62,262 bases of DNA from Bacillota bacterium (GCA_023409755.1 JAEYRA010000148.1:1-62262), one strand, 5' to 3'; positions 18,249 to 29,161 are shown, numbered from the stretch's first letter. Program-made: numbers and translations. Notes: a model not told the origin generated them from the sequence alone.

Positions 18249-20405
18249 TTGCATGGCTTTCTGGAAAAACTGAAGAGCGGCAATTATCAACGGCTGGACG
18301 CTGGCCTCATTGAGAAGGCCTACGCCTATGCTGAGGCTGCCCATCGGGGGCAGGAGCGCCAATCCGGCGAGCCGTACTTCACCCACCCCTGTGCCGTGGC
18401 TGTCATCCTCATGGACATGGACATGGACACCCAGACCATCGTGTCGGCGCTGCTCCATGACGTGGTGGAGGATACCCCCACCACCCTTGATGAAGTGCGC
18501 ACCGCCTTCGGGTCGGAGGTCGCTCTCATCGTCGATGGCCTGACCAAGATCAGCAAGGTGGAATACGCCAGCAGCGAGGAGCGCAAGGCCGAGAGCATCC
18601 GTAAGATGCTGCTGGCCATGAGCGAGGACATCCGTGTCATCCTCATCAAGCTTGCCGACCGCCTGCACAACATGCGAACCCTGGACGCGGTGCCGAGGGA
18701 GAAACAGCTCGCCGTGGCGCGGGAGACGCAGGATATCTACGCCCCGCTGGCGCACCGGCTTGGTATCTTCCGCATCAAGATTGAGTTGGAGGACCTGGCT
18801 CTCAAGTACCTCGACCCCGAAGGGTTTGAGCAAGTCGTCGCCAGTGTTAACGACAACCGCTATGCCCGCCACGACGAGATCAACACCATCATCGAGCAGA
18901 TTCAGGAGCGGCTGAAGGACGCGGGCATTGAGGCTCACATCGAAGGGCGCCTCAAGCATTACGCCAGCATCTACCGCAAGATGAAGCAGCAGCACAAGTC
19001 CATCGAGCAGATCTACGACCTCGTCGCGGTGCGTGTCATCGTGGAGTCGGTCAAGGACTGCTACGGCGTGCTGGGCCTGCTGCACACCATGTGGCGGCCT
19101 CTGCCCGGGCGCTTTAAGGACTACATTGCCGTACCCAAGGCGAACCTCTACCAGAGCCTGCACACCACGCTCATCGGGCGGGGCGGCATGCCGTTTGAGG
19201 CGCAGATTCGCACCTGGGACATGCACCGCACGGCGGAATACGGCATCGCGGCCCACTGGAAGTACAAGGAGAACGCCGGGGAAAGCACGCTTGACAACAA
19301 GCTTGCGTGGCTGCGGCAGATTCTGGAGTGGCAGAACGAGACCAAGGATGCCCAGGAGTTCATGGACACCCTGAAGGTGGACCTCTTCAATACCGAGGTA
19401 TTTGTCTTCACCCCCAAGGGAGACGTCGTTGACCTGCCACGGGGTGCCACGCCCATTGACTTCGCCTATATGATCCACTCAGCCGTCGGCAACAAGTGCG
19501 TCGGTGCCAAGATCAACGGGAAACTGACGAACCTCAACGTGGAGCTTAAAACTGGTGACATTGTGGAGATCATCACCTCCAACACCAGCCGGGGCCCCAG
19601 CCGCGACTGGCTCAACGTCGTCCGGACCCCTCAAGCCCGCAATAAGATTCGCACCTGGTTCAAGAAGGAATACAAGGACGAGAACATCGAAAAGGGCCAG
19701 GATATGCTGGAGGAAGCCGCCAAGCGCACCGGCTTGTCCCTGCCCGAGCTTTGCCGGCCTGAGTGGCTGCAAAAGGTCTTTAAAAAATTCACCCTGGGCT
19801 CGGTGGAGGACATGTATGCCGCCGTGGGGTATGGCGGCATCTCCACCGGGCAGGTGATGCAGCGCCTGCTGGCGGAGTACAACCGCGAGCAGAAGGCCCG
19901 CCAGATTCGCCAGCAGGAAGCCCAACAGGCCGAGAGCAAGCCCGCCCGGCGTGACACTGCCAGCCGCGGTGTCATCGTAAAGGGGCACAAGGGGATGCTG
20001 GTGCGCTTCGCCCAGTGCTGCAACCCCGTGCCGCACGACGACATCATCGGTTTCATCACCCGGGGCCGCGGCGTGTCCGTACACCGGAGGGACTGCACCA
20101 ACGTCTTCGACATCTCCAACGACCCCAGCCGCTTCATCGAGGTGAGCTGGGAGGACGACGCGTCCTCGGCCTACCGTGCGCGGCTGCAGCTGGCGGCCTA
20201 TGACCGGCCCGGCCTTATTGTGGATATTTACAAGGTCATTGACGGCCAGAGCGCCAGTCTCGTGGAGATCAACGTGAAGGTTAGCGCCAAGGGTGTGGCC
20301 AACATGGCCATGCTCGTGCAGATCAAGGACAAGACCCAGCTCGAGTCGCTCATCAAGGGCTTCCGCAAGATGCCGGAGATGATCGACGTCTACCGGGGGT
20401 CATGA
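18249..20405 (+). CDS. relA: Bifunctional (p)ppGpp synthetase/hydrolase (RSH family)
   Basis: HD hydrolase motif ([16 protein letters not shown]), synthetase domain, TGS domain and C-terminal ACT domain. The apparent start is TTG at 18249, so the start position is uncertain. Confidence 0.9.
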   Translation: MHGFLEKLKSGNYQRLDAGLIEKAYAYAEAAHRGQERQSGEPYFTHPCAVAVILMDMDMDTQTIVSALLHDVVEDTPTTLDEVRTAFGSEVALIVDGLTKISKVEYASSEERKAESIRKMLLAMSEDIRVILIKLADRLHNMRTLDAVPREKQLAVARETQDIYAPLAHRLGIFRIKIELEDLALKYLDPEGFEQVVASVNDNRYARHDEINTIIEQIQERLKDAGIEAHIEGRLKHYASIYRKMKQQHKSIEQIYDLVAVRVIVESVKDCYGVLGLLHTMWRPLPGRFKDYIAVPKANLYQSLHTTLIGRGGMPFEAQIRTWDMHRTAEYGIAAHWKYKENAGESTLDNKLAWLRQILEWQNETKDAQEFMDTLKVDLFNTEVFVFTPKGDVVDLPRGATPIDFAYMIHSAVGNKCVGAKINGKLTNLNVELKTGDIVEIITSNTSRGPSRDWLNVVRTPQARNKIRTWFKKEYKDENIEKGQDMLEEAAKRTGLSLPELCRPEWLQKVFKKFTLGSVEDMYAAVGYGGISTGQVMQRLLAEYNREQKARQIRQQEAQQAESKPARRDTASRGVIVKGHKGMLVRFAQCCNPVPHDDIIGFITRGRGVSVHRRDCTNVFDISNDPSRFIEVSWEDDASSAYRARLQLAAYDRPGLIVDIYKVIDGQSASLVEINVKVSAKGVANMAMLVQIKDKTQLESLIKGFRKMPEMIDVYRGS

Positions 20406-20854
20406 TGCGTGCGGTGGTGCAGCGCGTCACCGGCGCGCGGGTGGAAGTGGACGGCGTTGTCACCGGTGCCATCGGCCGGGGGTTCCTGGTGCTGCTAGGC
20501 GTGGAGCAGGGCGATGGCGAGGCGGACCTCGCCTACATTGTGAGCAAAATTGAGGGCCTTCGGGTTTTTGAGGACGACGGGGGCAAGATGAACCTTGCCC
20601 TGGCAGATGTGGGCGGTGCGGTGCTACTGGTGTCCCAGTTCACGCTGTGCGGCGACGCCCGCAAGGGCCGGCGGCCCAGCTTCTCCGCCGCCGCCGCGCC
20701 TGCTGACGGCGAACTCTGGTACCAGCGAGCCATCGAGGGCCTGCGTGCCGTGGGGCTGCCGGTGGAGACGGGCCGCTTCGGCGCTGATATGCAGGTGCAT
20801 CTTGTCAACGACGGCCCGGTCACATTGCTGCTCGATAGCAGGAGGTTGTTTTGA
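20402..20854 (+). CDS. dtd: D-aminoacyl-tRNA deacylase
   Basis: MRAVVQRV...VSQFTL motif, 150 aa, ATGA overlap with the relA stop. Confidence 0.95.
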   Translation: MMRAVVQRVTGARVEVDGVVTGAIGRGFLVLLGVEQGDGEADLAYIVSKIEGLRVFEDDGGKMNLALADVGGAVLLVSQFTLCGDARKGRRPSFSAAAAPADGELWYQRAIEGLRAVGLPVETGRFGADMQVHLVNDGPVTLLLDSRRLF

Positions 20855-21477
20855 ACCAACACCGCATTCAGATCTTCCCCACTGGCCGAATGGACGGCCG
20901 CAGCTATCTCATCGTCTGCCCCCACACCGGGCAGGCGGCCATTGTGGACCCCGACGTGAACGACGCAGCCCTGCTGGCCGCCGTGGCGCAGCAGGAGCTG
21001 GCGGTGCAATACGTCCTGTTGACCCATTGCCACTTCGACCACATGTCGTCGGCCGACCGCGTACGCGCAGCCACCGGCGCGCAGACGCTCATCCACCGGT
21101 TGGACGCGCCGGGCCTGGCAGACCCGCGGCTCAACATGTCGGTGATGGACGCCGAGCGCATCCATGGCCGGCAGGTGGACCGGATGCTGGAGGACGGCGA
21201 CCGGCTCCTCCTTGGCGAGGTGCCGGTGGAGGTGCTGCTGACGCCGGGCCACTCGCCGGGCAGTGTCTGCTACCGGGTGGGGGACGACCTGCTGACCGGT
21301 GACACGCTGTTCCGTGGTTCCTACGGTAACCCGAACTTCCCCGGCGGGCACCTGCCCACCCTGCGGCAGTCCTGCCTTGCACTCTTTGCGCTGCCCGACG
21401 AAGTGCGGGTCTATCCCGGTCACGGCGAGCCCACGACCATCGGGCAGGAAAAGCGCTCCAACCCCATTCTGTTATGA
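20851..21477 (+). CDS. MBL-fold metallo-hydrolase (glyoxalase II-like)
   Basis: THCHFDH motif, 208 aa. The TTG start overlaps the dtd stop. Confidence 0.8.
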   Translation: MNQHRIQIFPTGRMDGRSYLIVCPHTGQAAIVDPDVNDAALLAAVAQQELAVQYVLLTHCHFDHMSSADRVRAATGAQTLIHRLDAPGLADPRLNMSVMDAERIHGRQVDRMLEDGDRLLLGEVPVEVLLTPGHSPGSVCYRVGDDLLTGDTLFRGSYGNPNFPGGHLPTLRQSCLALFALPDEVRVYPGHGEPTTIGQEKRSNPILL

Positions 21478-22928
21478 TCGTACTGCGCACCAACCAACCG
21501 GAATTTGCCAATGACCTGGCCGACGTGGTGCGGCTTTTCTTTGGCATGGAGAAGATTGCTGACAGTGGCGAGGGGGACCTCACGCTGGAGCACTTTTTTT
21601 CGGATGAGGGTGACAACTGGCGGCAGAAGGTGATGCTGACAGCTGAAGGTGCCCCCACCATGCGGGAGGATGTGCGCCCCGCCATCCCTGCCGACGACCG
21701 CCTGCGGTGGGAGCGGCACCGCCGTCGCCACGCCAAGCTGACGCTCTATGCCCTGCTGCGGGATGTGACCGGCATCCACCCGCCTTGGGGGTCACTCACC
21801 GGCATCCGCCCCACCAAGGTCGCTCGTCAGCTCATCGACGAGGGGACCGCCCACGCTGGCGTGGCCGAGGCACTGGAGACGGTCTACGACGTGACCCCGC
21901 CCAAGGCTGCGTTGGTGGCCGACATCCTGCACGCCCAGCGCGATGTGTGGCGCTGGGGGCAGGAGGATGCCTTTGACGTCTACATCGGCATCCCATTCTG
22001 CCGCACCCGATGCCTGTACTGTTCCTTCTTCAGCGCTGATTTGCGCCGCCCCGGCCGGGTGTCGGCCTATGTTGCCGCGCTCCTGCGGGAGATTGACGCC
22101 CTGGGCCGGGCCATGGCGGGCCGGCACTGCCGGGCTGTCTATGTGGGCGGCGGCACGCCTACTTCCATTCCGCTCTGCGACCTCGAAGCCATCCTGACGG
22201 CGGCGAAGGCGGCCTTCCCGGGGGCGGGGGAATGGACGGTGGAAGCCGGCCGGCCCGATTGTGTCACCGCAGACACCTTTTCGCTGCTGGCGGGGCAGGG
22301 TGTGGGCCGGGTGTCCATCAACCCCCAGACGATGAACGACGCCACGCTTGCGGCCATCGGTCGCGACCACACCGCCTCCGACGTGCTGCGCGCTTATGAT
22401 GAGGCCCGTGCCGCCGGCATCCGTGAGGTCAACATGGACCTCATTGTGGGCCTGCCCGGTGAGGATGACGCCGCCATGGCCCGTACGCTCACGGCCCTGG
22501 AAAGGCTCGCCATGGACAACCTGACCGTCCACACCCTGGCCATCAAGCACTCCTCCCGGTTGAACGAGCGGTTGGCGGAGTACCCGCTGCCCGATGATGA
22601 CGAGGCCACCCGCATGCTGGAGCGCTGCCATGCCTTCGCGCGGGCGCAGGGGATGGAGCCCTATTATATGTATCGCCAGAAGTACATGCGGGGCAACCTG
22701 GAAAACGTGGGCTACGCCCTGCCAGGCCGGGCCTGCGTCTACAACGTGGACATGATGGAGGAGACCCACAACATCGTGGCACTGGGGGCCGGTGCGGTGT
22801 CCAAGCGCATGTTTTACGCCCAGACCCGGCACGAGCGGTATCCCAACCCCAAGAGCGTGGAACACTACTGCTCCCGGGTCGATGAGCTCATCGCCGGTAA
22901 AATTGCGTTTTTCGACCCTGCTCGCTGA
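21474..22928 (+). CDS. hemZ: Coproporphyrinogen dehydrogenase HemZ-like radical SAM protein
   Basis: N-terminus [23 protein letters not shown] is typical of HemZ. CRTRCLYCSF is the radical SAM motif. The HemN-like C-terminal part is present. Confidence 0.8.
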   Translation: MIVLRTNQPEFANDLADVVRLFFGMEKIADSGEGDLTLEHFFSDEGDNWRQKVMLTAEGAPTMREDVRPAIPADDRLRWERHRRRHAKLTLYALLRDVTGIHPPWGSLTGIRPTKVARQLIDEGTAHAGVAEALETVYDVTPPKAALVADILHAQRDVWRWGQEDAFDVYIGIPFCRTRCLYCSFFSADLRRPGRVSAYVAALLREIDALGRAMAGRHCRAVYVGGGTPTSIPLCDLEAILTAAKAAFPGAGEWTVEAGRPDCVTADTFSLLAGQGVGRVSINPQTMNDATLAAIGRDHTASDVLRAYDEARAAGIREVNMDLIVGLPGEDDAAMARTLTALERLAMDNLTVHTLAIKHSSRLNERLAEYPLPDDDEATRMLERCHAFARAQGMEPYYMYRQKYMRGNLENVGYALPGRACVYNVDMMEETHNIVALGAGAVSKRMFYAQTRHERYPNPKSVEHYCSRVDELIAGKIAFFDPAR

Positions 22929-22945
22929 CCTCGTGTGGAAATCCA

Positions 22946-22974
22946 TTGCCAGTCCCGCTTCATTGTGGTAAAAT
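22946..22974 (+). promoter_or_regulatory. Sigma-A type promoter of the cggR-pgk-tpiA-gpmI operon
   Basis: TTGCCA (22946-22951), 17-nt spacer ending in TGG, TAAAAT (22969-22974). Confidence 0.55.
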
Positions 22975-22980
22975 CTGCGT

Positions 22981-23016
22981 TGGGACGCGAGGGCCGATGC
23001 GGGCCAAATCTGTCCC
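22981..23016 (+). promoter_or_regulatory. Candidate CggR operator
   Basis: TGGGACGCGAGGGCCGATGCGGGCCAAATCTGTCCC, just downstream of the -10, partially resembles the B. subtilis CggR operator repeat (CGGGAC-N6-TGTC, recalled from the literature). Confidence 0.4.
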
Positions 23017-23032
23017 ACAAGGGGGCTGGGCG

Positions 23033-24061
23033 GTGAACGCAGTGTTGTCTATGTTCCGACGCCTGGTGCCTGAGATGGTCGACACCGCCCGCACCCGGTT
23101 TGAAATGCTGGAGGCTGTGGCGCTGATGGCCCCGGTGGGCCGGCGGGCGCTGGCCGTCCACCTGGACTTGCCCGAGCGTACCGTGCGCGGCGAGGCCGAA
23201 CACATGAAGGAGCTGGGGCTCATCCGCTTTGCGCCCGATGGCATGCACCTGACCGACGAGGGCAACGAGGTGCTGGGTGAGTTGCGGTCTCGCATGGACT
23301 TGCTCTTTGCCGAGCCGCTGGCCGACCGCATCCGTCAGGAGACGGGCATTGCTTCGGTCATGGTTGTCGCCGGGGATTCGGTGGTGGATGAGGTCTGCCG
23401 CCGGGCGCTCTACCGAAAAACGGTACAGTACCTCACGACGGTGCTGCGGGATGGCATGACGCTGGCGGTTGTGGGCGGCTCCACGATGGCCGGGGTGGCC
23501 GCCCAGACCCAGACCGACGGACAGGGCTTGCCCAACCTCTTGGTGGTGCCGGCCCGCGGCGGCCTGGGGGAGGAAATGGAGATCCAGGCCAACACCGTGG
23601 CCGCGCGGCTGGCGCAGGGCTTCCGGGCCCGCCACCGGCTGCTGCACTGGCCCGACGACATGCCGGCCGAGGCCATCCCCGCGGGGGATAGCCGGCTGAC
23701 CCAGTGGCTGGCCAGCGTGCGCAACGCGGACGTGCTGCTCTTTGGCGTGGGGCGTGCCGACCAAATGGTGCGTAGGCGCAACCTGCCGCCCGACGTCGCC
23801 GGGCGCATCCGCGCGGGCGGTGCGGCGGCGGAGGCATTGGGTTACTACTTTGACCGACAGGGCGGCGTGGTCTACGCCGCCAGCGGGCTGGGGTTGGCGC
23901 TCAACCAGTTCATGGGTATCCGGCGTCGCATCCTGGTCGCCGGCGGGGCTGAGAAGGCCGAGGCCGTGCTGGCGGTGGCCCGTGGCTGCCGGCCCACGGC
24001 CATCATATTGGACGAGACGGCGGCGGCTGGCATCTGCGTGCTGCTGGACTCCCAGGCCTGA
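23033..24061 (+). CDS. cggR: SorC/CggR family sugar-binding transcriptional regulator (central glycolytic genes regulator-like)
   Basis: N-terminal wHTH and a SorC sugar-binding domain, located directly upstream of pgk. The GTG at 23033 has RBS AAGGGGG; the alternative ATG at 23051 lacks an RBS. Confidence 0.75.
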   Translation: MNAVLSMFRRLVPEMVDTARTRFEMLEAVALMAPVGRRALAVHLDLPERTVRGEAEHMKELGLIRFAPDGMHLTDEGNEVLGELRSRMDLLFAEPLADRIRQETGIASVMVVAGDSVVDEVCRRALYRKTVQYLTTVLRDGMTLAVVGGSTMAGVAAQTQTDGQGLPNLLVVPARGGLGEEMEIQANTVAARLAQGFRARHRLLHWPDDMPAEAIPAGDSRLTQWLASVRNADVLLFGVGRADQMVRRRNLPPDVAGRIRAGGAAAEALGYYFDRQGGVVYAASGLGLALNQFMGIRRRILVAGGAEKAEAVLAVARGCRPTAIILDETAAAGICVLLDSQA

Positions 24062-24128
24062 CAGGCCATCATTGCATGGGGCATTACAGGCTTTGCCTGA
24101 TCAATTCTGACAAGGAGTGAATGGGACC

Positions 24129-25319
24129 ATGGCATTGAACAAAAAGACGATTGAGAACATCGACGTGAAGGGCAAGCGGGTCCTGGCCCGTGTGGACTTC
24201 AACGTGCCGCAGAACGAAAAGGGTGAAATCACCGACGACAACCGCATTCGCGGCGCGCTGCCGACGATTGAGTACCTTTTGAGCCATGGCGCCAAGCTCA
24301 TCCTGTGCACGCACCTGGGCCGCCCGAAGGCCAAGGTTGACCCGGCTTTCACCCTGAAGCCCTGCGCGGAGCGCCTCAGCGCCCTGCTCGGCAAGCCCGT
24401 GGCGCTGGCCGCTGACGTGGTTGGCCCCGACGCCCAGGCCAAGGCTGCCGCCCTCGGAGAGGGTGAGGTCATGATGCTCGAAAACGTGCGCTTTGAGGCT
24501 GGTGAGGAGAAGAACGACCCGGAACTCTCCAAGCAGCTCGCCGCGCTGGCAGATATCTACGTCAACGATGCCTTCGGCACCGCCCACCGCGCCCATGCCT
24601 CCACCGCTGGTGTGGCGGCCTACCTGCCCGCCGTGGCCGGTTTCCTCATGAAGAAGGAAATCGAGATCATGGGTGACGCGCTGGAAAACCCGCAGCGGCC
24701 CTTTGTCGCCATACTGGGCGGCGCCAAGGTGAAGGACAAGATCGGCGTTGTGGCCAACCTGTTGGAGAAGGTCGACACCCTGATCATCGGCGGCGGCATG
24801 GCCTACACCTTCCAGAAGGCGTTGGGCGGCACCATCGGCAAGTCTCTGCTCGATGAGTCCCGCATCGAATATGCCAAGGAAGTGATGGCAACGGCGGAGA
24901 AGAAGGGCATTAAGCTTCTGCTCCCCATCGATAACGAAGCGTCCCAGGAGTTCAGCAACGACGGCCTGCGCGCCACCTTCCACAGCCGGGAGATTCCCGA
25001 TGGCTGGGAGGGCATGGACATCGGTCCCGACACCCAGCGCATTTTTGTGGAGGAAGTTAAGAAGGCCCGCACCATCATTTGGAATGGCACGATGGGCGTC
25101 AATGAGTTCTCCCACTTCGCCCACGGCTCCCGCGTGGTGGCGGAAGCCATGGCCAACAACCCCGGCGTGACCATCGTGGGCGGCGGCGACACCGCGGCGG
25201 CTGTGGAGAGCTTCGGCCTAGCCGATAAGATGACCCACGTCTCCACTGGCGGCGGCGCGTCGCTGGAGTTCCTGGAAGGCCTGGAGCTGCCCGGTGTGGC
25301 GGCGCTCAACAACAAGTAA
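24129..25319 (+). CDS. pgk: Phosphoglycerate kinase
   Basis: [27 protein letters not shown]..., 396 aa, RBS AAGGAG. Confidence 0.95.
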   Translation: MALNKKTIENIDVKGKRVLARVDFNVPQNEKGEITDDNRIRGALPTIEYLLSHGAKLILCTHLGRPKAKVDPAFTLKPCAERLSALLGKPVALAADVVGPDAQAKAAALGEGEVMMLENVRFEAGEEKNDPELSKQLAALADIYVNDAFGTAHRAHASTAGVAAYLPAVAGFLMKKEIEIMGDALENPQRPFVAILGGAKVKDKIGVVANLLEKVDTLIIGGGMAYTFQKALGGTIGKSLLDESRIEYAKEVMATAEKKGIKLLLPIDNEASQEFSNDGLRATFHSREIPDGWEGMDIGPDTQRIFVEEVKKARTIIWNGTMGVNEFSHFAHGSRVVAEAMANNPGVTIVGGGDTAAAVESFGLADKMTHVSTGGGASLEFLEGLELPGVAALNNK

Positions 25320-25327
25320 TTGCCCAC

Positions 25328-25352
25328 GGGGCCGAACCAGTGGTTCGGCCCC
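25328..25352 (+). terminator. Hairpin between pgk and tpiA (partial terminator or processing site)
   Basis: GGGGCCGAACCA-G-TGGTTCGGCCCC stem with a poor U-tract (GGGCTTGTTT). Confidence 0.5.
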
Positions 25353-25456
25353 GGGCTTGTTTCCCCCAACCTTGCCTTTGGGCAGGCGGGGGCGTATGAT
25401 GAGGAAAGCAGAGCGACGCCCGGCAAGCGGGCCGCTTTTTGATGAGGAGTACGAAC

Positions 25457-26203
25457 ATGAGAACACCGATCATCGCAGGAAACTGGAAGATGAACAAGAC
25501 CCCGCAGGAGGCGGTCGCCCTCATTGCGGAGCTGAAGCCCCTGGTGGCCGACGCGGCCTGCACCGTCGTCGTGTGCCCGCCCTATGTGTGCCTGCCTGCC
25601 GCTGCGGAAGCGCTGCGGGGCAGCAACATGCACCTGGGTGCCCAGAACATGCACTGGAAGGCCAGCGGTGCCTACACCGGCGAGGTATCGGCGGATATGC
25701 TTAAGGCCTTGGGCGTGGAATACGTCATCCTCGGCCACTCCGAGCGCCGCCAGTACTTCGCGGAGACCGACGAGACCGTGAACCTCAAGACCAAGGCCGC
25801 GCTGGCCGCGGGGCTCATTCCGATCGTGTGCGTGGGTGAATCTCTCGCCGAGCGGGAGCAGGGCGTGACCGCCGATGTTGTGCAGCGCCAGACCGCCGCG
25901 GCTCTCGAAGGCCTGACCAGTGCGGAGGCCGCCACCGTCGTCATCGCCTATGAGCCCATCTGGGCCATTGGCACCGGCCGCACCGCCACCTCCGCCGACG
26001 CCAACGAGGTCATCGGCCTCATCCGCGCCACGGTGGAGCGCTGCTTTGACTCCGCCACCGCCGCAGCCATCCGCATCCAGTACGGCGGCAGCATGAACCC
26101 CTCCAACGCCAGCGAACTGATGGCCATGGAGCACATCGACGGCGGGCTCATCGGCGGCGCCAGCCTGAAGGCAGCCGACTTCTCGGCTGTCGTGCATTTC
26201 TAG
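25457..26203 (+). CDS. tpiA: Triose-phosphate isomerase
   Basis: MRTPIIAGNWKMNKT...ILGHSERR...AYEPIWAIGTG. RBS GAGGAG. Confidence 0.95.
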   Translation: MRTPIIAGNWKMNKTPQEAVALIAELKPLVADAACTVVVCPPYVCLPAAAEALRGSNMHLGAQNMHWKASGAYTGEVSADMLKALGVEYVILGHSERRQYFAETDETVNLKTKAALAAGLIPIVCVGESLAEREQGVTADVVQRQTAAALEGLTSAEAATVVIAYEPIWAIGTGRTATSADANEVIGLIRATVERCFDSATAAAIRIQYGGSMNPSNASELMAMEHIDGGLIGGASLKAADFSAVVHF

Positions 26204-26217
26204 AAGCGAGGAAACCC

Positions 26218-27759
26218 ATGAAAAAAATGGTTGCATTGTTGATCCTGGATGGCTTTGGCTACCGCGCCGAGCGCGAGGGCAACGCCATCATTCCCCAGAA
26301 CATCCCCAACGTTGAGGTCATGATGGCGACCTATCCCCATACTCTCATCGGGGCCAGCGGCCTCAATGTGGGCCTGCCCGATGGGCAGATGGGCAACAGC
26401 GAAGTGGGCCACACCAACATTGGCGCGGGCCGCATCGTGTACCAGGAGCTGACCCGCATCACCAAGGAGATTGAGGACGGAATGTTCTACGCGAACGAGG
26501 CCCTGGTGGGCGCGGTGGACAACGCCCTTACCAAGGGTACGGCGCTGCACCTCATCGGCCTGGTGTCCGACGGCGGCGTCCACAGCCACATCGATCACCT
26601 GGAGGGCCTGCTGCGGCTCTGCCAGCGCAAGGGCCTCAACCGTGTCTTTGTCCACTGCCTGATGGACGGCCGCGACACCCCGCCGACCAGCGGCAAGGGG
26701 TATATTGAGGACCTGGAGCGCCGCATGGCCGCCATCGGCACTGGCAAGATTGCCACGGTCATCGGCCGCTACTGGGCCATGGACCGCGACAACCGCTGGG
26801 ATCGCGTCAAGCGTGCGTTCGACGCCATTGCCGAGGGCAAGGGCGAGCCTGCCGCCAGCGCCGTGGCGGCCATGGAGCAATCCTATGCCAAGGGAGAGAA
26901 CGACGAATTCGTGCAGCCCACGGTGGTCACGGACGGCGGTCAGCCCCTCGCCAAGCTGGGGGCTGACGATTCCATCGTGTTCTTCAACTTCCGCCCCGAC
27001 CGCGCCCGCGAGCTGACCCGCGCCTTCATTGAGCCGGATTTTGCGGCCTTTGAGCGCGACGGCGGCTACCGTCCGGTTTATTACGTCACCATGACCCAGT
27101 ACGACGCCACGTTCCGGAACGTACACATCGCCTTCCACCCCCAGAGCCTGGACAACACCTTCGGCCAGTACATTGCCGAAAAAGGCCTGACCCAGCTGCG
27201 CATTGCCGAAACCGAGAAGTACGCCCACGTGACGTTCTTCTTCAACGGCGGGGTGGAGCAGCCCAACCCCGGGGAGGATCGGGCGCTCATTCCCTCGCCC
27301 AAGGTAGCGACCTACGACCTGAAGCCCGAGATGAGCGCTTACGAGGTCACCGACGAAGCCGTGCGCCGCATTGAGAGCGGCAAGTACGACGTGATGATCC
27401 TGAACTTCGCCAACTGCGACATGGTGGGCCACACCGGCTTCTATGACGCCGCGTGGAAGGCCGTACACACCGTCGACGAGTGCGTCGGCCGGGTGCTGAA
27501 GGCCATCCTCGCCACCGGCGGTGCGGCCATCGTGACCGCCGACCACGGCAACGCTGAGATGATGGTGGACCCCGAGACCGGCGAGCCCTTCACGGCCCAC
27601 ACCACCAACCCGGTGCCCTGCATCCTGGTGGACGACAGCCGCAAGGACGCCGCCCTGCGCAACGGCGGTCGCCTCTGCGACCTGGCCCCGACGCTCCTCG
27701 ACCTGCTGGGCCTGCCCCAGCCGGCGGAGATGACCGGTACCAGTCTGATCGCGAAGTAA
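26218..27759 (+). CDS. gpmI: 2,3-bisphosphoglycerate-independent phosphoglycerate mutase
   Basis: 513 aa with iPGM motifs (MGNSEVGHTNIGAGR, ADHGNAE). Confidence 0.95.
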   Translation: MKKMVALLILDGFGYRAEREGNAIIPQNIPNVEVMMATYPHTLIGASGLNVGLPDGQMGNSEVGHTNIGAGRIVYQELTRITKEIEDGMFYANEALVGAVDNALTKGTALHLIGLVSDGGVHSHIDHLEGLLRLCQRKGLNRVFVHCLMDGRDTPPTSGKGYIEDLERRMAAIGTGKIATVIGRYWAMDRDNRWDRVKRAFDAIAEGKGEPAASAVAAMEQSYAKGENDEFVQPTVVTDGGQPLAKLGADDSIVFFNFRPDRARELTRAFIEPDFAAFERDGGYRPVYYVTMTQYDATFRNVHIAFHPQSLDNTFGQYIAEKGLTQLRIAETEKYAHVTFFFNGGVEQPNPGEDRALIPSPKVATYDLKPEMSAYEVTDEAVRRIESGKYDVMILNFANCDMVGHTGFYDAAWKAVHTVDECVGRVLKAILATGGAAIVTADHGNAEMMVDPETGEPFTAHTTNPVPCILVDDSRKDAALRNGGRLCDLAPTLLDLLGLPQPAEMTGTSLIAK

Positions 27760-27785
27760 GGACACCTACAACGAGCCCAATGGCA

Positions 27786-27821
27786 AAGCCCGTCCGCCTA
27801 TCCAGGCGGGCGGGCTTTTTG
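27786..27821 (+). terminator. Intrinsic terminator after gpmI
   Basis: AAAGCCCGTCCGCC-TATCCA-GGCGGGCGGGCTTTTT. Confidence 0.8.
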
Positions 27822-27918
27822 CTGGCATGGTTTTGCTACACAGGCGAGGAGGTGACGACCCAGGGGGCTTGCCCCTTGGGAATCCCCGCGATTCTTGTGT
27901 AGGCGAGTGCTGAAATGG

Positions 27919-28147
27919 CCCATTACGGAGCGAAGCCCCTGAACCCGCAGGCCGGTTCATCCGGCCAAGGGTCGAAGCAACTGGTGGTGGCACGCACCCC
28001 TTCCCGCCCGCAGGCGCGTCTCCTCGTAAAATTCATACGGCAAAATCAACAGAGAAGCCGCCCGGCGACCTGTGCGCCGGGCGGCAGTATGATAATCTCT
28101 GGCGAGCTTTCCTGCTCGCGACCGTCGCGAATGCGGCGGGCGCGAAC
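27919..28147 (+). repeat. Copy 2 (most diverged) of the multi-hairpin intergenic element family
   Basis: Motifs in the same order as the other copies: GGCCGG-TTCAT-CCGGCC (27950-27966); CGCC-CGCA-GGCG; GCCGCCCG-GCGACCTGTGCGC-CGGGCGGC; and CGCGACCGTCGC-GAAT-GCGGCGGGCGCG (28117-28144). It ends about 2-5 nt from the stop codon (28149-28151) of the convergent RidA gene. Confidence 0.75.
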
Positions 28148-28148
28148 G

Positions 28149-28610
28149 TCAGTCCTTGATAGAAAGGATCAGCTCGAACTCAGCGGCGGTGTTGCCCACC
28201 GGCATGTTGCGGCTGCCCATGATCGTGCGGGTGTGCACGCCACGGTTGCGGAAGACCTCATACAGCACGTCGGCAAAGCCGTCATAGACCTTGTCGAGGT
28301 CATGGAAGTCGTCGTCGCAGGCGATGAGCCCGAAGCCTTTGATGATCTGATCCACGCGATCCAGATCGCCGAGCTCCTCACGGATCATCATGAGCTGGAT
28401 GAGGGCGATGTGCTGGCAGGCGGCGTAGCCATCCTCAATGGTCAGGTCCCGGCCGATGAGGCCCTGACGGAACTCGGCGCAGCCGGAGCCGGAGGTGTAG
28501 AGCAGGTTGCCGACCCGGCGGCACCCAACGAGCGCCCGGCCCTTGTAGCTCAGGTAGTCGATGTCCAGTTCCTTTGCCTTTTTATCCAAAAGATCGTTGA
28601 TGGCAGACAT
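28149..28610 (-). CDS. RidA/YjgF/TdcF family (reactive enamine/imine deaminase-like) protein
   Basis: RBS AAGGAGGAG before MSAINDLL... About 153 aa with a YjgF-fold sequence. Last gene of the operon. Confidence 0.85.
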   Translation of the reverse strand: MSAINDLLDKKAKELDIDYLSYKGRALVGCRRVGNLLYTSGSGCAEFRQGLIGRDLTIEDGYAACQHIALIQLMMIREELGDLDRVDQIIKGFGLIACDDDFHDLDKVYDGFADVLYEVFRNRGVHTRTIMGSRNMPVGNTAAEFELILSIKD

Positions 28611-28623
28611 GTTCTTCTCCTCC

Positions 28624-29139
28624 TTACTTGCGAATCTGAATGATGGCGTCGCAGACGATCGGCACGTTGTTGTTGAGGTTTGTGGCGCCCATATCGGAGC
28701 GGGCGTGCATGCCGCGCTCGCCAAAGACCTCGGTCATGAGGTCGGTGAAGCCGTCCGCCACCTGGGGCAGGTCGCCGAAGCCCGGCACGCCGTTCACCAG
28801 TGCATAGACTTTCAGAATGGCCTCCACATTGTCGAGGTCGCCCAGCGCGTCCTTGATGATCGTCAGCATGTTGATGGCGATGAGGCGCGCGGCCTTGTAG
28901 CCCTCTTCCACGCTGAGTTCGCCACCCAGGCGGCCGACGAAGGCCGGCTTGCCGTCGGGGCCGGTGGGCTCCATGGCGGAGATGAACAGCAGGTCCTCGT
29001 GAATCTTGTATTTGCAGGTGCCGCGGCCGGTGCGATAGGGGGTCTCGCCCTTCGGCTTGTTCCCTACGACATTGATTCTTGCGTCGTCGTCAAACAGTTG
29101 CAGACCCAGGTCCGCCAGTCTCTTTTCCGCAATGCTCAT
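28624..29139 (-). CDS. RidA family protein (paralog of 34334..34801)
   Basis: RBS AAAGGAGG before MSIAEKRLADLGLQL... About 171 aa. Clear paralog of the MGIAEQKLQKMGIQI protein. Confidence 0.8.
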   Translation of the reverse strand: MSIAEKRLADLGLQLFDDDARINVVGNKPKGETPYRTGRGTCKYKIHEDLLFISAMEPTGPDGKPAFVGRLGGELSVEEGYKAARLIAINMLTIIKDALGDLDNVEAILKVYALVNGVPGFGDLPQVADGFTDLMTEVFGERGMHARSDMGATNLNNNVPIVCDAIIQIRK

Positions 29140-29161
29140 ATTAGTGCCTCCTTTGATTGAT

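Noticed and set aside
27915-28643. 242-aa plus-strand ORF spanning repeat copy 2 and running antisense to the RidA gene
   Set aside because: Its first third is the non-coding repeat and the remainder is antisense to a clear RidA CDS.
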